Assembly (NCBI GenBank): GCA_050297535.1
Contig: JBNKSV010000004.1
Coordinates: 17,313-81,312, forward strand
Length of the DNA stretch: 64,000 bases
Direction of reading: 5' to 3'
Source of the DNA: Sedimenticolaceae bacterium
GTDB lineage: Bacteria; Pseudomonadota; Gammaproteobacteria; Chromatiales; Chromatiaceae
The position numbers and the translations under genes were made by a program. Below the pieces are notes generated by a model that did no database searches, was not told the DNA's origin, and was given only the letters and a program-made list of their open reading frames with translations. Shown in pieces: positions 27,240 through 38,441 of the stretch (positions are counted from its first letter, which is position 1; every line of letters begins with the position of its first letter).

Positions 27240-29494
27240 TTTTTATTCCTCGCTATCGCTTCTTTGTTTAAGGAGGCATTTGTTTCTTGCACCGCCTGGC
27301 TACTGTCAGGCTCCTGATTAGACACCATTATAGGCAAGCGGAACGCAACCCGTCCGCCACCTTCACCGAGGTTCTCCGCCCAGATCATACCCCCATGCTC
27401 CTCAATAATCTTCTTTACGATAGCCAGCCCAAGGCCGGTCCCCTTGGCCTTGGTGGTAACATAAGGCTCGAATAGGTTGGCCATGTTGTCCGCATTAAAT
27501 CCTGGACCGTTATCGCACACCTGAAACTCTACAAAACGGCAATCCGCCGCAAACAGTTGCCGGGTAGTGACCAAGATACGCCCACCCCCATTTTCCATCA
27601 CCGCTTCCTGGGCGTTCTTCACCAAATTGTGCACCACCTGGCGGATGCGCACCGGATCGGCCTCGATCTTGACCCCATCAGAGGCAAGATCCGAGCCCAT
27701 CTCTATCTCTGCAACCGCATCGCGATACAGCTCCAAAATATCTCCCACCAGGTCATCCAGGATCAACGGCTCCGGCGTCATCTGGGAAGGACGGGCGTAA
27801 TCAGAGAAGGCATTAACCATCTCCTTCATGGCCTCTACCTGCTGGACAATGGTGTGGGTGGAACGGTCCAACACCTCCGCATCCTTTTCATCCATCTTGC
27901 GCAGATATTTATGTCGCAACCGCTCTGCGGCAAGCTGGATAGGCGTTAGCGGATTCTTGATCTCATGGGCCAGACGGCGCGCCACCTCGCCCCAAGCGGA
28001 GTCACGCTGGGCCTTGATCAGGGTGGTGATATCGTCAAACACCAGGACATGGCCACCCTTGTCGCCGCCAAGTCCGGCCAACGGGGTACTGTGGCAATGC
28101 AAGACTTGCCGCCCTTCATTGCCGTACAGGATTATCTCACTATGCCACTCCATACCCTTCTCAGACAGAGGCTCACGCAGCAGATCCACAAACTGCTGCA
28201 TCTTGTCCGAACACTCTGCCAGAACATCCAATCCCTTTCCCTGCATATTATCCAGATCCACTTGCAGGATCAGGCTGGCGGCGTGGTTGGCAGTACGCAG
28301 GCTTCCGTCAGTATCAAAGGTTATGACACCGGAGGAGAGATTCCCCAGAACGGTCTCCAGATAGGTGCGCTGGGACTCCACCTGCCGCTGACTGCTCTCA
28401 GCCAGATCCCGCGCCTGGGCGATACGTTGAGTCATGGCATTAAAAGAAGTAACAAGGGTGCTGATCTCATCCCTATGTTCCGGCACCGGTATTTGTCCGC
28501 TGTAGTCCCCATCGGCCACGGCCTTGGTGCCCTTGGCGATATCTGCCACTGGCGCAACCAGGCGCCGGGCGGTAAAAAAAGCCGCCCATATCGCCGACAG
28601 CAGACTGAACAGCAGGACCAATATTAAAGTCATGGTAAAGGTATTTTTGATGCTCTCCCGCAGATAGGCCAACTCCTTGTAGTGGTTATAGGCCTGCTGC
28701 ACCTCTTCCGATAGGCCGCTGATCGTATCCGAGGTGGGATATAGCGCCTGTAGAATCCTGGGGCGGATCGGATCGGTGATGACCACCCGCATATACAACT
28801 GGGACAACTCACCTTGAGGAGTCAAACCGATAAAATCTCCCCCGTCCAACACCTGCTGCAGGATGGACATATCCGGGACATCCGGTACCAATACCGAAGG
28901 ATCGACGTTACTGCTGGCGATGACCACAAAGCTCTTGTTATCTATCAGGGTCAGCTCAGATGCTCCGTAACGATCACGCATCTCCTCCAGGCCGATGGTC
29001 ATACCCACCACCGAGACCTCATCAAGTTCTGCCAGGACTCTTTTAGTGGCGCGCAGTTTCTCTTTGCGATGCAGATCCAGCGACGCCTTACTCAGATCCA
29101 AGGCGTCCTCCATCGCCTTGTCTATCCGCACATCAAACCAGTTGTCGATACCGTGCATTAGAAATTGTTGCGAATAGAAATAGACCACGGCAACCGGAAC
29201 AAAGGCGAGCGTCACAAAGATTACCACCATGCGCAAGGTAAGGCGCGAACCGGCCTCGCGGCTGCGGTAGCGTTTGGTCAGGGCCACTATATTTATAACC
29301 ACCAAGCCCGCCAACACCATCACACCAAACAGGGTGAATAACAACAGTGGGATAAACATGCGGCTAAGCTCTTCCGTATTCTGCACGGCGCTGCTCATCA
29401 GATGCAGGGTGACCAGCAACAGAACCAAAAGAACGACGACCGGGATTGCCCCGGCTCTAAATCTACCTAACGGCGAATGCGACATGAACGCCAC
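27236..29494 (-). CDS. ntrY: NtrY-type sensor histidine kinase (TMs - HAMP - PAS - HisKA - HATPase)
   Basis: Multiple N-terminal TMs, H-box LAHEIKNPLTPIQL, N/G boxes HNLVKNAQEA, DNGPGF and GTGLGLAIV. The start may be ATG 29485. Confidence 0.75.
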   Translation of the reverse strand: MAFMSHSPLGRFRAGAIPVVVLLVLLLVTLHLMSSAVQNTEELSRMFIPLLLFTLFGVMVLAGLVVINIVALTKRYRSREAGSRLTLRMVVIFVTLAFVPVAVVYFYSQQFLMHGIDNWFDVRIDKAMEDALDLSKASLDLHRKEKLRATKRVLAELDEVSVVGMTIGLEEMRDRYGASELTLIDNKSFVVIASSNVDPSVLVPDVPDMSILQQVLDGGDFIGLTPQGELSQLYMRVVITDPIRPRILQALYPTSDTISGLSEEVQQAYNHYKELAYLRESIKNTFTMTLILVLLFSLLSAIWAAFFTARRLVAPVADIAKGTKAVADGDYSGQIPVPEHRDEISTLVTSFNAMTQRIAQARDLAESSQRQVESQRTYLETVLGNLSSGVITFDTDGSLRTANHAASLILQVDLDNMQGKGLDVLAECSDKMQQFVDLLREPLSEKGMEWHSEIILYGNEGRQVLHCHSTPLAGLGGDKGGHVLVFDDITTLIKAQRDSAWGEVARRLAHEIKNPLTPIQLAAERLRHKYLRKMDEKDAEVLDRSTHTIVQQVEAMKEMVNAFSDYARPSQMTPEPLILDDLVGDILELYRDAVAEIEMGSDLASDGVKIEADPVRIRQVVHNLVKNAQEAVMENGGGRILVTTRQLFAADCRFVEFQVCDNGPGFNADNMANLFEPYVTTKAKGTGLGLAIVKKIIEEHGGMIWAENLGEGGGRVAFRLPIMVSNQEPDSSQAVQETNASLNKEAIARNKK

Positions 29495-30087
29495 TCGCTG
29501 GATTGATTCCAGGATGGTGAGAGATAGGCCATGGGACGCAGCGGCAGCGGTAGGGCATCAATATCCAAGATGGCCTTGAGGCTCACTCGATATATCTTGC
29601 CTTTCTCCATCTGCTCGTGCCTGATCACCGGTATGGCCAGGATATCCCCCAGGGCGTTGATTGCCACCTCACGGGTCACAAAACTCTCCTGGGTATTGGT
29701 CTGCAGATTTAGCACTTGGTAGACCGATGCAAGAGGGTGGTAACTGATCTGATAACGCAGACGTGTATCCATGAGATCCTTCTCCCACAACCAGGCCCCA
29801 TCTCTTCTCACCTGCAGATGTAACTCCAGCGTCAAGGGCACGCCATTCTGTAGCGCCTCCAACGCCTTATCGGAAAAACCAAAGTCTATATTTGCATCCA
29901 GGACAAATGCATCCGCCGTAGACCGGCAGGTCTGATTAAGGATCTTAAAATCGGCCGCCTGAGATACTAAAGGCAACAGCAGGACAAACAGCAACAACCA
30001 ATATCTGGCCTGCGCACCGCGATCTTGTTGCAGAGAAAAAGACAACTGTTTTTCCTTATTGGGTCTGTTGTGTGAATCATACAACAA
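29467..30087 (-). CDS. DUF4390-family periplasmic protein
   Basis: Signal-like segment YWLLLFVLLLPLVSQA. Its position between rsmB and ntrY matches the conserved rsmB-DUF4390-ntrYX arrangement known from beta/gamma-proteobacteria. Confidence 0.6.
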   Translation of the reverse strand: MLYDSHNRPNKEKQLSFSLQQDRGAQARYWLLLFVLLLPLVSQAADFKILNQTCRSTADAFVLDANIDFGFSDKALEALQNGVPLTLELHLQVRRDGAWLWEKDLMDTRLRYQISYHPLASVYQVLNLQTNTQESFVTREVAINALGDILAIPVIRHEQMEKGKIYRVSLKAILDIDALPLPLRPMAYLSPSWNQSSEWRSCRIRR

Positions 30088-30114
30088 AACAGAGACAGGC
30101 CGAACAACTATGTC

Positions 30115-31473
30115 TCAACTGCGCTTCTGCAGCCGCGCGTAGAAAAATCCATCCATCGACGCCTCGCCAGGAAGGGTCTGTCGTCCATGACTGCGGGCAT
30201 GCCCCCAGTCGCCAGCAATGGGCAACTCAATCGCATCCCCAGTGTTAGACAGAAAAGATTCGATCTGTTCCTCATTCTCTTGCGGCAACAACGAACAGGT
30301 GACATACAGCAACACTCCACCGGGCCTTAATAGCGACCAGGCGGATCGCAGGATTTGCCGTTGCAGTTTGGCCAAGACATCTATATCTTCCGGGCGTCTT
30401 AACAGTTTGATGTCAGGATGACGCCGGATCACTCCCGTGGCGGAGCAGGGCACATCCAACAAGATGCGATCGTAGCTCCTTTCCGCCCAGGCGCCGTTTG
30501 GTTTCTCCGCATCCCCCGCGTACAGATCGGCCTTGAGTCCCAGTCGGCCCAGATTCTCCTGCACCCTTTGCAACCGCTCCGGGCTAACATCCACCGCAGT
30601 CATAGATACAGAATCAGATGCAATCTCCAGAATATGACAGGTCTTACCACCTGGAGCCGCACAGAGGTCTAGCACCTCCTGCCCCGAATCCAACTCCATA
30701 AGGCCAGCCGCAAGCTGGGCACCACCATCCTGGACCGAGACTAGCCCCTCGTTAAACCCTGGCAGTTCCGACACATCCCGCGGCCGATCCAGCACCAGGC
30801 CAGATGCCGTATCAGGAATCGGCCTGGCCGTGATCGACTCGGCCTGCAACCTGTCGACATATTCCCTCCTGGAACCACGCTGCAGATTGACTCGCAGACC
30901 CATGGGTGGACGGGTGTTGGTCGCCTCTAGGACTGCACGCCATTGGTACGGCCAAGACCCCTGAATCTTTTCTAACAACCACTGGGGACATGACAGATCA
31001 GCAGAAGCATCTTTCTGAATGGCGACCAGCAGCTCATCTTGTCTGCGGATAAAATTGCGCAGCACACCATTTATCAGACCAGCGGCCCAGGATTTACCCA
31101 GACCCCGAGCCCCTTCCACCGTCTCTGTCACGGCAGCATGGGAGGGGGTGCGCATATATATAAGCTGATAGAGGCCGATCAGGATAAGCGCTTCCAGATC
31201 CTGATCCTTTTTCTTTAAGGGCCTTTCCAGCAACCTGCTTGCGAACCACTGCAACCGCAACCACCAGCGCAGTACGCCATAGCATAGCTCCTGCACCATG
31301 GCGCGATCCTTTGGCGCCACGTCCAATAGACGTCGTTTCAAGACATCGGAAAGGGAGGCTCCCTCAGCGACCTGACAAATTACCCTGGCCGCCAGGACGC
31401 GGGCTCCATCCGCCCTACCTGCTCCTTTTGGAGCGGACAGACGTTTCTTTTTCGGATTGGGCTTGCTACCCAA
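30115..31473 (-). CDS. rsmB: 16S rRNA (cytosine967-C5)-methyltransferase
   Basis: NusB-like N-terminus, SAM motif DLCAAPGGKT, catalytic DVPCSATG; follows fmt. Confidence 0.9.
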   Translation of the reverse strand: MGSKPNPKKKRLSAPKGAGRADGARVLAARVICQVAEGASLSDVLKRRLLDVAPKDRAMVQELCYGVLRWWLRLQWFASRLLERPLKKKDQDLEALILIGLYQLIYMRTPSHAAVTETVEGARGLGKSWAAGLINGVLRNFIRRQDELLVAIQKDASADLSCPQWLLEKIQGSWPYQWRAVLEATNTRPPMGLRVNLQRGSRREYVDRLQAESITARPIPDTASGLVLDRPRDVSELPGFNEGLVSVQDGGAQLAAGLMELDSGQEVLDLCAAPGGKTCHILEIASDSVSMTAVDVSPERLQRVQENLGRLGLKADLYAGDAEKPNGAWAERSYDRILLDVPCSATGVIRRHPDIKLLRRPEDIDVLAKLQRQILRSAWSLLRPGGVLLYVTCSLLPQENEEQIESFLSNTGDAIELPIAGDWGHARSHGRQTLPGEASMDGFFYARLQKRS

Positions 31474-32392
31474 GGATCACCCCATCCAGCGTATGGGCGT
31501 TAAGAAAATCGGCGGCGCTCATGGCGCGTTTGCCCGGCAGTTGCAGTGTCTTTACCCGCAACAGACCGGACCCAGTAGCGACATCTATCCCCTGTTGACT
31601 AGATGACAAAACCTTACCCGGCCTTTCACCAGCACCCCCAGATAGATCGCTCGCATCCCAGATACGCAATATGTTGCCATCATATTCGGTCTGGGCCACC
31701 GGCCAGGGATTAAATGCCCGGACCTGGCGACTCAACTCAGCGGCACTACGGGACCAATCCATAACCGCCTCACCCTTCTCCAACTTAGAGGCATACACAG
31801 CCTTGCTATCATCCTGGGCCTCCGGCTGCAAACTTTCAGCGGCTATACCGGGCAGAGCCTCAAGCAGGGCCGCTGCCCCCAACGGTGACAGACGGTCATG
31901 CAGGGAACCGCCGGTGTCTTCCGGACCGATAGGGCAGGTCTTTGTTAACAGCATGGGGCCAGTATCCAGACCCGCCTCCATCTGCATGATGGTGATTCCG
32001 GTCTCCTGGTCTCCAGCCATAATGGAACGCTGAATCGGGGCAGCGCCTCGCCAGCGCGGCAACAGCGAGGCGTGGATATTGATACATCCCAGACGCGGGG
32101 CATCCAACACCCGTTGCGGCAACAGCAGTCCGTAGGCAACTACCACCATCAGGTCTGCGTCCAGCTTTTCAAGCTGTGACAGATCGGCCTCTTCTTTGAA
32201 GTTTTTTGGCTGGAAGACAGGGATGGAGTTCTCCTGCGCCAACTGTTTAACCGGGCTTGCCGTAAGCTTGCGCCCCCTGCCTGCTGGACGATCCGGTTGG
32301 GTGTAAACGGCGATGACCTTGTGTTCAGATGCAACTAGCGCCGCCAATGGGGGCACAGAAAACTCCGGGGTTCCGGCAAATATAATATTCAT
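31466..32392 (-). CDS. fmt: Methionyl-tRNA formyltransferase
   Basis: MNIIFAGTPEFS... and HASLLPRWRGAAPIQ. ATG 32392 is preferred over the track start at 32437. Confidence 0.9.
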   Translation of the reverse strand: MNIIFAGTPEFSVPPLAALVASEHKVIAVYTQPDRPAGRGRKLTASPVKQLAQENSIPVFQPKNFKEEADLSQLEKLDADLMVVVAYGLLLPQRVLDAPRLGCINIHASLLPRWRGAAPIQRSIMAGDQETGITIMQMEAGLDTGPMLLTKTCPIGPEDTGGSLHDRLSPLGAAALLEALPGIAAESLQPEAQDDSKAVYASKLEKGEAVMDWSRSAAELSRQVRAFNPWPVAQTEYDGNILRIWDASDLSGGAGERPGKVLSSSQQGIDVATGSGLLRVKTLQLPGKRAMSAADFLNAHTLDGVILG

Positions 32393-32473
32393 CTTTGGTT
32401 TCAGTATGGTCTTTTTATCCAATCTGCGACGTGCCACACCCAGGAACAGGCCGTCCCATTCGGATAATCATGC

Positions 32474-32974
32474 CTAGGCCAGGCGCGCCTCTTTTTCCAT
32501 CTTCTTGCGAATGCGTTGACGTTTAAGTCCTGATAGATAGTCTATAAACAGCTTTCCATCCAGATGGTCTAACTCGTGCTGTATACAGACCGCCAACATG
32601 CCGTCAGCCTCCATCTCGACAGCCTCACCATCCAGACTTCGCGCCCTAATCTTGACCCTTTCCGCCCGGATAACCTTTTCGTAGACCGACGGCACCGACA
32701 GACAGCCCTCTTCCGACTCCTCTTCACCTTCCCGCTCCAGAATCTCTGGATTGACAAGACATAGCGGCTGGTCTCTGGTTTCAGATACATCTATTACCAC
32801 AACCCTCTGGGCAACCCCAACCTGGGTAGCGGCCAGGCCCACGCCGGAGGCATGGTACATGGTTTCCAGCATATTATCCGCAAACTCTTTCAGCTGTTGA
32901 TCGAACGCCACAACCGGCTTGGCCTGGTTTCTCAGCCTGGGATCGGGGTAGTGCAAAATCTCAAGTATGGACAT
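32474..32974 (-). CDS. def: Peptide deformylase
   Basis: Motifs [13 protein letters not shown] and HELDH. ATG 32974 ([15 protein letters not shown]) is preferred over 33040. Confidence 0.9.
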   Translation of the reverse strand: MSILEILHYPDPRLRNQAKPVVAFDQQLKEFADNMLETMYHASGVGLAATQVGVAQRVVVIDVSETRDQPLCLVNPEILEREGEEESEEGCLSVPSVYEKVIRAERVKIRARSLDGEAVEMEADGMLAVCIQHELDHLDGKLFIDYLSGLKRQRIRKKMEKEARLA

Positions 32975-33267
32975 CAATTCTCCGCCATTACACAGACACA
33001 AATAATTTATGTGTGCGTATTGTTCCGTAGCACGCAACAAAAATCACGCAAAAACCAGACATTCCTTATTTACTGGACCGAAAAAACCCGGATAGAGTTC
33101 TCAAATTAAATTTTTAGGCTATGAACCGACATTGAAGATAGGTTATAGTATAGTTTAGAAATATGCGCTAACATTATGAAGATACAGGATTCTAGCCCGA
33201 CAATCAGCTACGAACCCTGGGTATTTTGGAAGCTTAATAACCTACAACGCACTGCAAAGGGATCACC

Positions 33268-34338
33268 ATGCCAAAGTCTATATCTAAGCTAACCGGCTTT
33301 TTCTTGGGCCTGATCTTTTCATGTTCCGTCGCTGCAGCGGGACAAGCAACCCTGGCCCCTAACCACCCAGACAGCTATGTGGTGGTAAAGGGAGACACCC
33401 TTTGGGATATAGCAGGGAGATTTCTGGTTGAACCCTGGCGCTGGCCGGATGTATGGCAGGCCAATCCCCAGATAGAGAACCCACACCTTATCTATCCGGG
33501 TGACGTCCTGACCCTTAGCTTCATAGATGGCAAACCGCAGATCACCCTGAACCGCGGAACGGCCATAGAGCAGAACTCGGACCTGGCTGGTTCGGTAGTC
33601 AAACTATCACCCCGGGTACGCAGTTCGGAGATTCCCAAGGCAATACCGGCCATTCCCTTAGACGCCATACAGCAGTTCCTATCCCGTCCTTATGTTGCAG
33701 ACAAAGCGCAGTTGGATAATGCGCCATATGTTGTTGATTTTGCCGACGAGCATATCGCAGGTGGCGCAGGGAATAGGGCCTATGTCCGGGAGATCCAGGA
33801 CGACCAACACAGAAAATTTGATGTAGTGCGCCCAGGCGGCCCCTACAAAGACGCAATCACCGGAGAGATCCTGGGCTACGAAGCGCAGTTCGTTGCCACG
33901 GCCGTGCTGCAACACACCGGCGACCCGGCTACCGTCATGCTAGAGACATCAGAGATGGAGGTGGTTAAGGGTGACCGTCTGATTCCGGCCATCGAGGACA
34001 AATTCATCACCACCTTCTTCCCTAAGCCCCCCCAGAGAGAAGTGCTTGGCAGCATAATCTCCGTACTGAACGGAGTCAGCCAGATCGGACAATATAATAT
34101 CGTGGTCGTAGACCGCGGCGAAACGGATGGCCTTGAGGTTGGGACGGTCTTGGCTATTGACCAGAATGGCGAGGTAGTTAGAGATATTGTTACTCCAAAC
34201 AGCGCCGACACGGTAAAACTCCCGGACGAGAGGGCCGGAACCCTGATGATCTTCCGCACCTTCCCCAGGGTTAGTTTCGGTCTGGTTATGGAGGCATCCA
34301 AGGCGCTGCACGTGAACGACAGGGTACACAATCCTTAG
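33268..34338 (+). CDS. LysM domain-containing periplasmic protein
   Basis: Signal peptide followed by a LysM domain (YVVVKGDTLWDIAGRFL). Divergent from def and upstream of dprA, as in many gammaproteobacteria. Confidence 0.8.
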   Translation: MPKSISKLTGFFLGLIFSCSVAAAGQATLAPNHPDSYVVVKGDTLWDIAGRFLVEPWRWPDVWQANPQIENPHLIYPGDVLTLSFIDGKPQITLNRGTAIEQNSDLAGSVVKLSPRVRSSEIPKAIPAIPLDAIQQFLSRPYVADKAQLDNAPYVVDFADEHIAGGAGNRAYVREIQDDQHRKFDVVRPGGPYKDAITGEILGYEAQFVATAVLQHTGDPATVMLETSEMEVVKGDRLIPAIEDKFITTFFPKPPQREVLGSIISVLNGVSQIGQYNIVVVDRGETDGLEVGTVLAIDQNGEVVRDIVTPNSADTVKLPDERAGTLMIFRTFPRVSFGLVMEASKALHVNDRVHNP

Positions 34339-34358
34339 TTGAGTCTCGGCCTTGACCT

Positions 34359-35579
34359 TTGCTGATGGATCGGCAACCCGAAGAGGAGAGCGTTCTGCCA
34401 ACACAGAATGAGGAGTTAAGATATTGGTTAGCCCTGCTGCATGCGCCGGGCGTAGGCAGCGTGACCTTCAACCGCCTCCTGCTAAAGGCAGGAGGCCCGG
34501 AACATCTCTTCAATGTCCCAGTGTCAAGACTAGACGACTGGGGAATAAAAGACACACTTAAGGGGTATATGCGGAATCCTGACTGGGATGCGGTCGAGAT
34601 AGACCTGCACTGGGCGGAACAACCCGACAACTACCTTCTCCACATTCAGAACCCACTTTATCCAGCCCAGTTACGAGAGATCCCAGACCCCCCTCCCATT
34701 CTATTTGTAACCGGCGATCCGGAGGTACTCTCCACGCCGCAACTGGCCATGGTAGGCTCACGCAACCCCAGCGCCTCCGGCAAAGAGACCGCGCGCGAGT
34801 TCGCCTACCACTTGGCCAGAGCTGGGATCACCATCACTAGCGGACTGGCCATCGGCATAGACGGGATCTGCCATAGCGGGGCCCTGGAGGCGGAAGGTCT
34901 CACCATCGCCGTAACCGGTACCGGACTGGATCGGGTCTATCCCGCCAGCCAGCACCAACTTGCCCACCGGATCGCAAAACAAGGCGGGGCGCTGGTCTCG
35001 GAATTCCCGCCAGGGACAGAGGCCCGTCCCGGTAATTTTCCGCGCCGCAATCGTATTATCAGCGGGCTAAGCCTGGGCACACTGGTGGTTGAGGCCGCCC
35101 AGAAGAGCGGCTCCCTGATCACCGCCAGACTGGCCTCCGAGCAAGGACGCGAGGTATTCGCCATCCCCGGCTCCATCCACAACCCATTGGCCAGGGGCTG
35201 CCACCAACTCATACGCCAAGGCGCCAAACTGGTGGAGACCGCCGGTGACATATTGGAAGAGTTAGCCCCACATATAGGTGCATTTAGCCCTGCTATATCA
35301 AAGGGAGACGAACAACAAACCCCCTCCAACACGGAACAGACGCTAGATCCTGAGTATCAACACCTGCTTACCTGCATGGGCTTCGATCCGGTGCAGATTG
35401 ATCTATTGATCCAGCGCAGTGGATTGACCGCGGAGGCGGTTTCCTCCATGCTAATTTTGCTTGAACTGGAAGGTCATGTATCATCTGCGCCCGGTGGGAT
35501 ATATTGCCGCACGGGAACAACCAAGCTAAACAGCGGTCAATCCACATCCAATCAGAACGGAATGACACAGACGACCTAG
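34359..35579 (+). CDS. dprA: DNA processing protein A
   Basis: GLAIGIDGICH, FPRRNRIISGLS, and SGSLITA. Confidence 0.85.
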   Translation: MLMDRQPEEESVLPTQNEELRYWLALLHAPGVGSVTFNRLLLKAGGPEHLFNVPVSRLDDWGIKDTLKGYMRNPDWDAVEIDLHWAEQPDNYLLHIQNPLYPAQLREIPDPPPILFVTGDPEVLSTPQLAMVGSRNPSASGKETAREFAYHLARAGITITSGLAIGIDGICHSGALEAEGLTIAVTGTGLDRVYPASQHQLAHRIAKQGGALVSEFPPGTEARPGNFPRRNRIISGLSLGTLVVEAAQKSGSLITARLASEQGREVFAIPGSIHNPLARGCHQLIRQGAKLVETAGDILEELAPHIGAFSPAISKGDEQQTPSNTEQTLDPEYQHLLTCMGFDPVQIDLLIQRSGLTAEAVSSMLILLELEGHVSSAPGGIYCRTGTTKLNSGQSTSNQNGMTQTT

Positions 35580-35589
35580 GCCGATATAT

Positions 35590-36066
35590 ATGAACGAAAA
35601 TGTTGTCGATATCCTGATCTATCTCTATGAAAACTATATGGATAGCGACCATCCAGCCCCCTCCAGCCAGGAGGAACTTCACGAAGAACTGGTGGCTGCA
35701 GGTTTCCCGGAAGATGAGATATATAAGGCCTTTCAGTGGCTGGACGAACTGGCGCTGCAGCGGGACTCCGGAAATCTCCGGCCCCAAACAGAGTGTTCGA
35801 TCAGGATCTATACCGAGCCAGAGATCGCGCGGATGGACCTGGATTGCCGCGGCCTGTTGCTGTTTCTGGAACAGAACAACATCCTGGATCAGGCCAATCG
35901 CGAGTTTGTAATAGAGCGCGCCATGGCCCTGGACTCACACATAATAAAGGTCGATGACCTGAAGTGGGTCGTGCTCCTGGTACTGATGAATCAGCCTGGC
36001 CAAGAGACCGCGTTCGCCCAGATGGAGGATCTGGTCTATAACGATCAGCCCCTGTATCTGCACTAA
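35590..36066 (+). CDS. smg: Smg (DUF494) protein
   Basis: MNENVVDILIYLYENYM... Smg-like, 158 aa, in the conserved dprA-smg-topA position. Confidence 0.85.
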   Translation: MNENVVDILIYLYENYMDSDHPAPSSQEELHEELVAAGFPEDEIYKAFQWLDELALQRDSGNLRPQTECSIRIYTEPEIARMDLDCRGLLLFLEQNNILDQANREFVIERAMALDSHIIKVDDLKWVVLLVLMNQPGQETAFAQMEDLVYNDQPLYLH

Positions 36067-36086
36067 TCACACAACCCGTAACCCGC

Positions 36087-38363
36087 ATGAATCTGGTAAT
36101 AGTTGAATCGCCGGCCAAGGCCAAGACCATCAAAAAATACCTGGGCAAGGAATTTGAGGTCCTGGCTTCATACGGCCATGTGCGTGACCTGGTCCCGAAA
36201 TCCGGCGCAGTAGACCCGGAACAGGGGTTCAAGATGCAATACCAGGCCATCGAAAAGAACGAGCGCCATGTTCAGGCCATAACCAAGGCGCTGAAAAAGG
36301 CTGACTCTCTCTATCTCGCAACTGACCCGGACCGCGAAGGTGAGGCCATCTCCTGGCACCTGCTGGAGTTGCTCAAGAATAGACGCCACCTCAAAGACAA
36401 AGCCGTGTACCGAGTGGTCTTCCATGAGATCACCAAGAAGGCGGTGCAGGATGCGGTAGACAACCCCAGAGACATCTCCATGGCTCTGGTAAATGCCCAG
36501 CAGGCCCGGCGCGCCCTGGATTATCTGGTGGGCTTCAACCTGTCGCCGCTTTTATGGAAGAAGGTTCGACGCGGACTCTCAGCCGGCCGGGTGCAAAGCC
36601 CAGCCCTGCGCATGATCGTGGAGCGGGAAGAGGAGATCGAGGCCTTCCATAGCCAGGAATACTGGACCATTGAGGCCGATCTGCTCAAAGAAAAACAGGG
36701 CTTCAGCGCCAAACTCATCCAGTATCAGGACAAGAAACTGGAGCAGTTCAGCATCACCGACGCGACCAGCGCAACTGCCGCCGAAAAAGAGCTACTAAAG
36801 GCTGCTGCGGGCAAGCTGCGTGTGGAACAGGTGCAGAAAAAGCAGCGCAAGCGTAATCCCGCCGCGCCCTTCACCACCTCGACCCTGCAGCAGGAGGCGG
36901 CCCGCAAACTGGGATTCACCACCCAGCGCACCATGCGTACCGCCCAGCAACTGTACGAAGGCATAGACACAGGCAGCGGCGCCACCGGTCTTATCACCTA
37001 CATGCGTACCGACTCGGTCAATCTATCGGATGACGCGATAGCGGAACTACGGGAATTCATCACCGAGCGTTTCGGCCAAGATAATCTCCCGGCAAAACCG
37101 CAACAGTACAAGACCAAGGCCAAGAACGCCCAGGAGGCCCACGAGGCCATCCGCACCACCTCCGTACGACGCACCCCTGAGGAACTAAAGCAGCATCTGA
37201 CTAAAGACCAGTTCCGCCTCTACGAACTGATCTGGAAGCGCACCCTGGCCTGTCAGATGCTCCACGCCACCATCAACACGGTCACCGCCGATCTTAGCTG
37301 TGGCCCAGGCAACATCTTTCGGGCCAACGGATCAACCATCGCCGATCCGGGTTTTATGGCCGTCTATATGGAAGATGTGGACGATGCCAACAAGGACAGG
37401 GATGACGAAAAGATCCTGCCGCCACTAACAGAGGGCGAAGAGCTGGCCCTGCAGGCCATACGTCCGGAACAACACTTCACTGAGCCGCCACCCCGCTACA
37501 GCGAGGCCAGCCTGGTGAAGGCCCTGGAAGAGCACGGCATCGGCCGACCCTCCACCTATGCCTCCATCATCTCCACCCTGCAGGATCGTGAATACGTGGA
37601 GCTGGAGAAGAAACGCTTTTACCCCACCGACGTAGGCAGGGTGGTAAACAAGTTCCTCACCAACTACTTCACCCGCTATGTTGACTATGGCTTCACCGCC
37701 GACCTGGAAGATGAACTGGATGCGGTCTCCCGGGGTGAAGAGGAGTGGATACCGCTATTAGAAAAATTCTGGGGGCCGTTTAAGGATCGCATCGACCACA
37801 CCGAGGAAAACGTCAAACGTAGCGATGTCACCCATGAGGCCCTGGATGAGGCATGTCCGCAGTGTGGCAAACCGCTTTCCATACGGCTTGGCAGGCACGG
37901 TCGTTTCATCGGGTGCACCAACTACCCCGAGTGCGACTACACCCGCGACCTCAACAGCAACGGCAAGGAACAGGAAGAACCGGAGATCGTTGCAGACAGA
38001 AAATGCCCGGACTGCGGTTCTGATTTGGTAATCAAACGCGGAAAATACGGAAAGTTCATCGGTTGCAGCGGCTATCCGGATTGCCGCTACATCGAACCCC
38101 TGGAGAAACCCAAGGACACTGGCGTCACCTGCCCGAAGTGCAACAGCGGCACCATGATGCAGCGCAAGTCCAGACGCGGCAAGATTTTCTACTCCTGCTC
38201 CGGTTACCCGGACTGCGACTACGCCATCTGGAATGAACCCATCGCCGAACCCTGTCCCAGCTGCGGATGGCCCATCCTCACCATCAAGACCACCAAACGC
38301 AAAGGTACCGAGAAGGTCTGTCCGCAACAAGACTGCTCCTATTCCGAACCGGTGGAAGAATAG
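36087..38363 (+). CDS. topA: DNA topoisomerase I
   Basis: TOPRIM N-terminus LVIVESPAKAKTIKKYLG, active-site Tyr context GLITYMRTDS, and several C-terminal CxxC...CxxC zinc ribbons. Confidence 0.95.
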   Translation: MNLVIVESPAKAKTIKKYLGKEFEVLASYGHVRDLVPKSGAVDPEQGFKMQYQAIEKNERHVQAITKALKKADSLYLATDPDREGEAISWHLLELLKNRRHLKDKAVYRVVFHEITKKAVQDAVDNPRDISMALVNAQQARRALDYLVGFNLSPLLWKKVRRGLSAGRVQSPALRMIVEREEEIEAFHSQEYWTIEADLLKEKQGFSAKLIQYQDKKLEQFSITDATSATAAEKELLKAAAGKLRVEQVQKKQRKRNPAAPFTTSTLQQEAARKLGFTTQRTMRTAQQLYEGIDTGSGATGLITYMRTDSVNLSDDAIAELREFITERFGQDNLPAKPQQYKTKAKNAQEAHEAIRTTSVRRTPEELKQHLTKDQFRLYELIWKRTLACQMLHATINTVTADLSCGPGNIFRANGSTIADPGFMAVYMEDVDDANKDRDDEKILPPLTEGEELALQAIRPEQHFTEPPPRYSEASLVKALEEHGIGRPSTYASIISTLQDREYVELEKKRFYPTDVGRVVNKFLTNYFTRYVDYGFTADLEDELDAVSRGEEEWIPLLEKFWGPFKDRIDHTEENVKRSDVTHEALDEACPQCGKPLSIRLGRHGRFIGCTNYPECDYTRDLNSNGKEQEEPEIVADRKCPDCGSDLVIKRGKYGKFIGCSGYPDCRYIEPLEKPKDTGVTCPKCNSGTMMQRKSRRGKIFYSCSGYPDCDYAIWNEPIAEPCPSCGWPILTIKTTKRKGTEKVCPQQDCSYSEPVEE

Positions 38364-38441
38364 CCATATAAGCCCTAGCCTAAACCGGCAAAATCCGGTA
38401 TCTTCCCTCCCCTTTCTGATGATATTCGGGATGAGGAGACT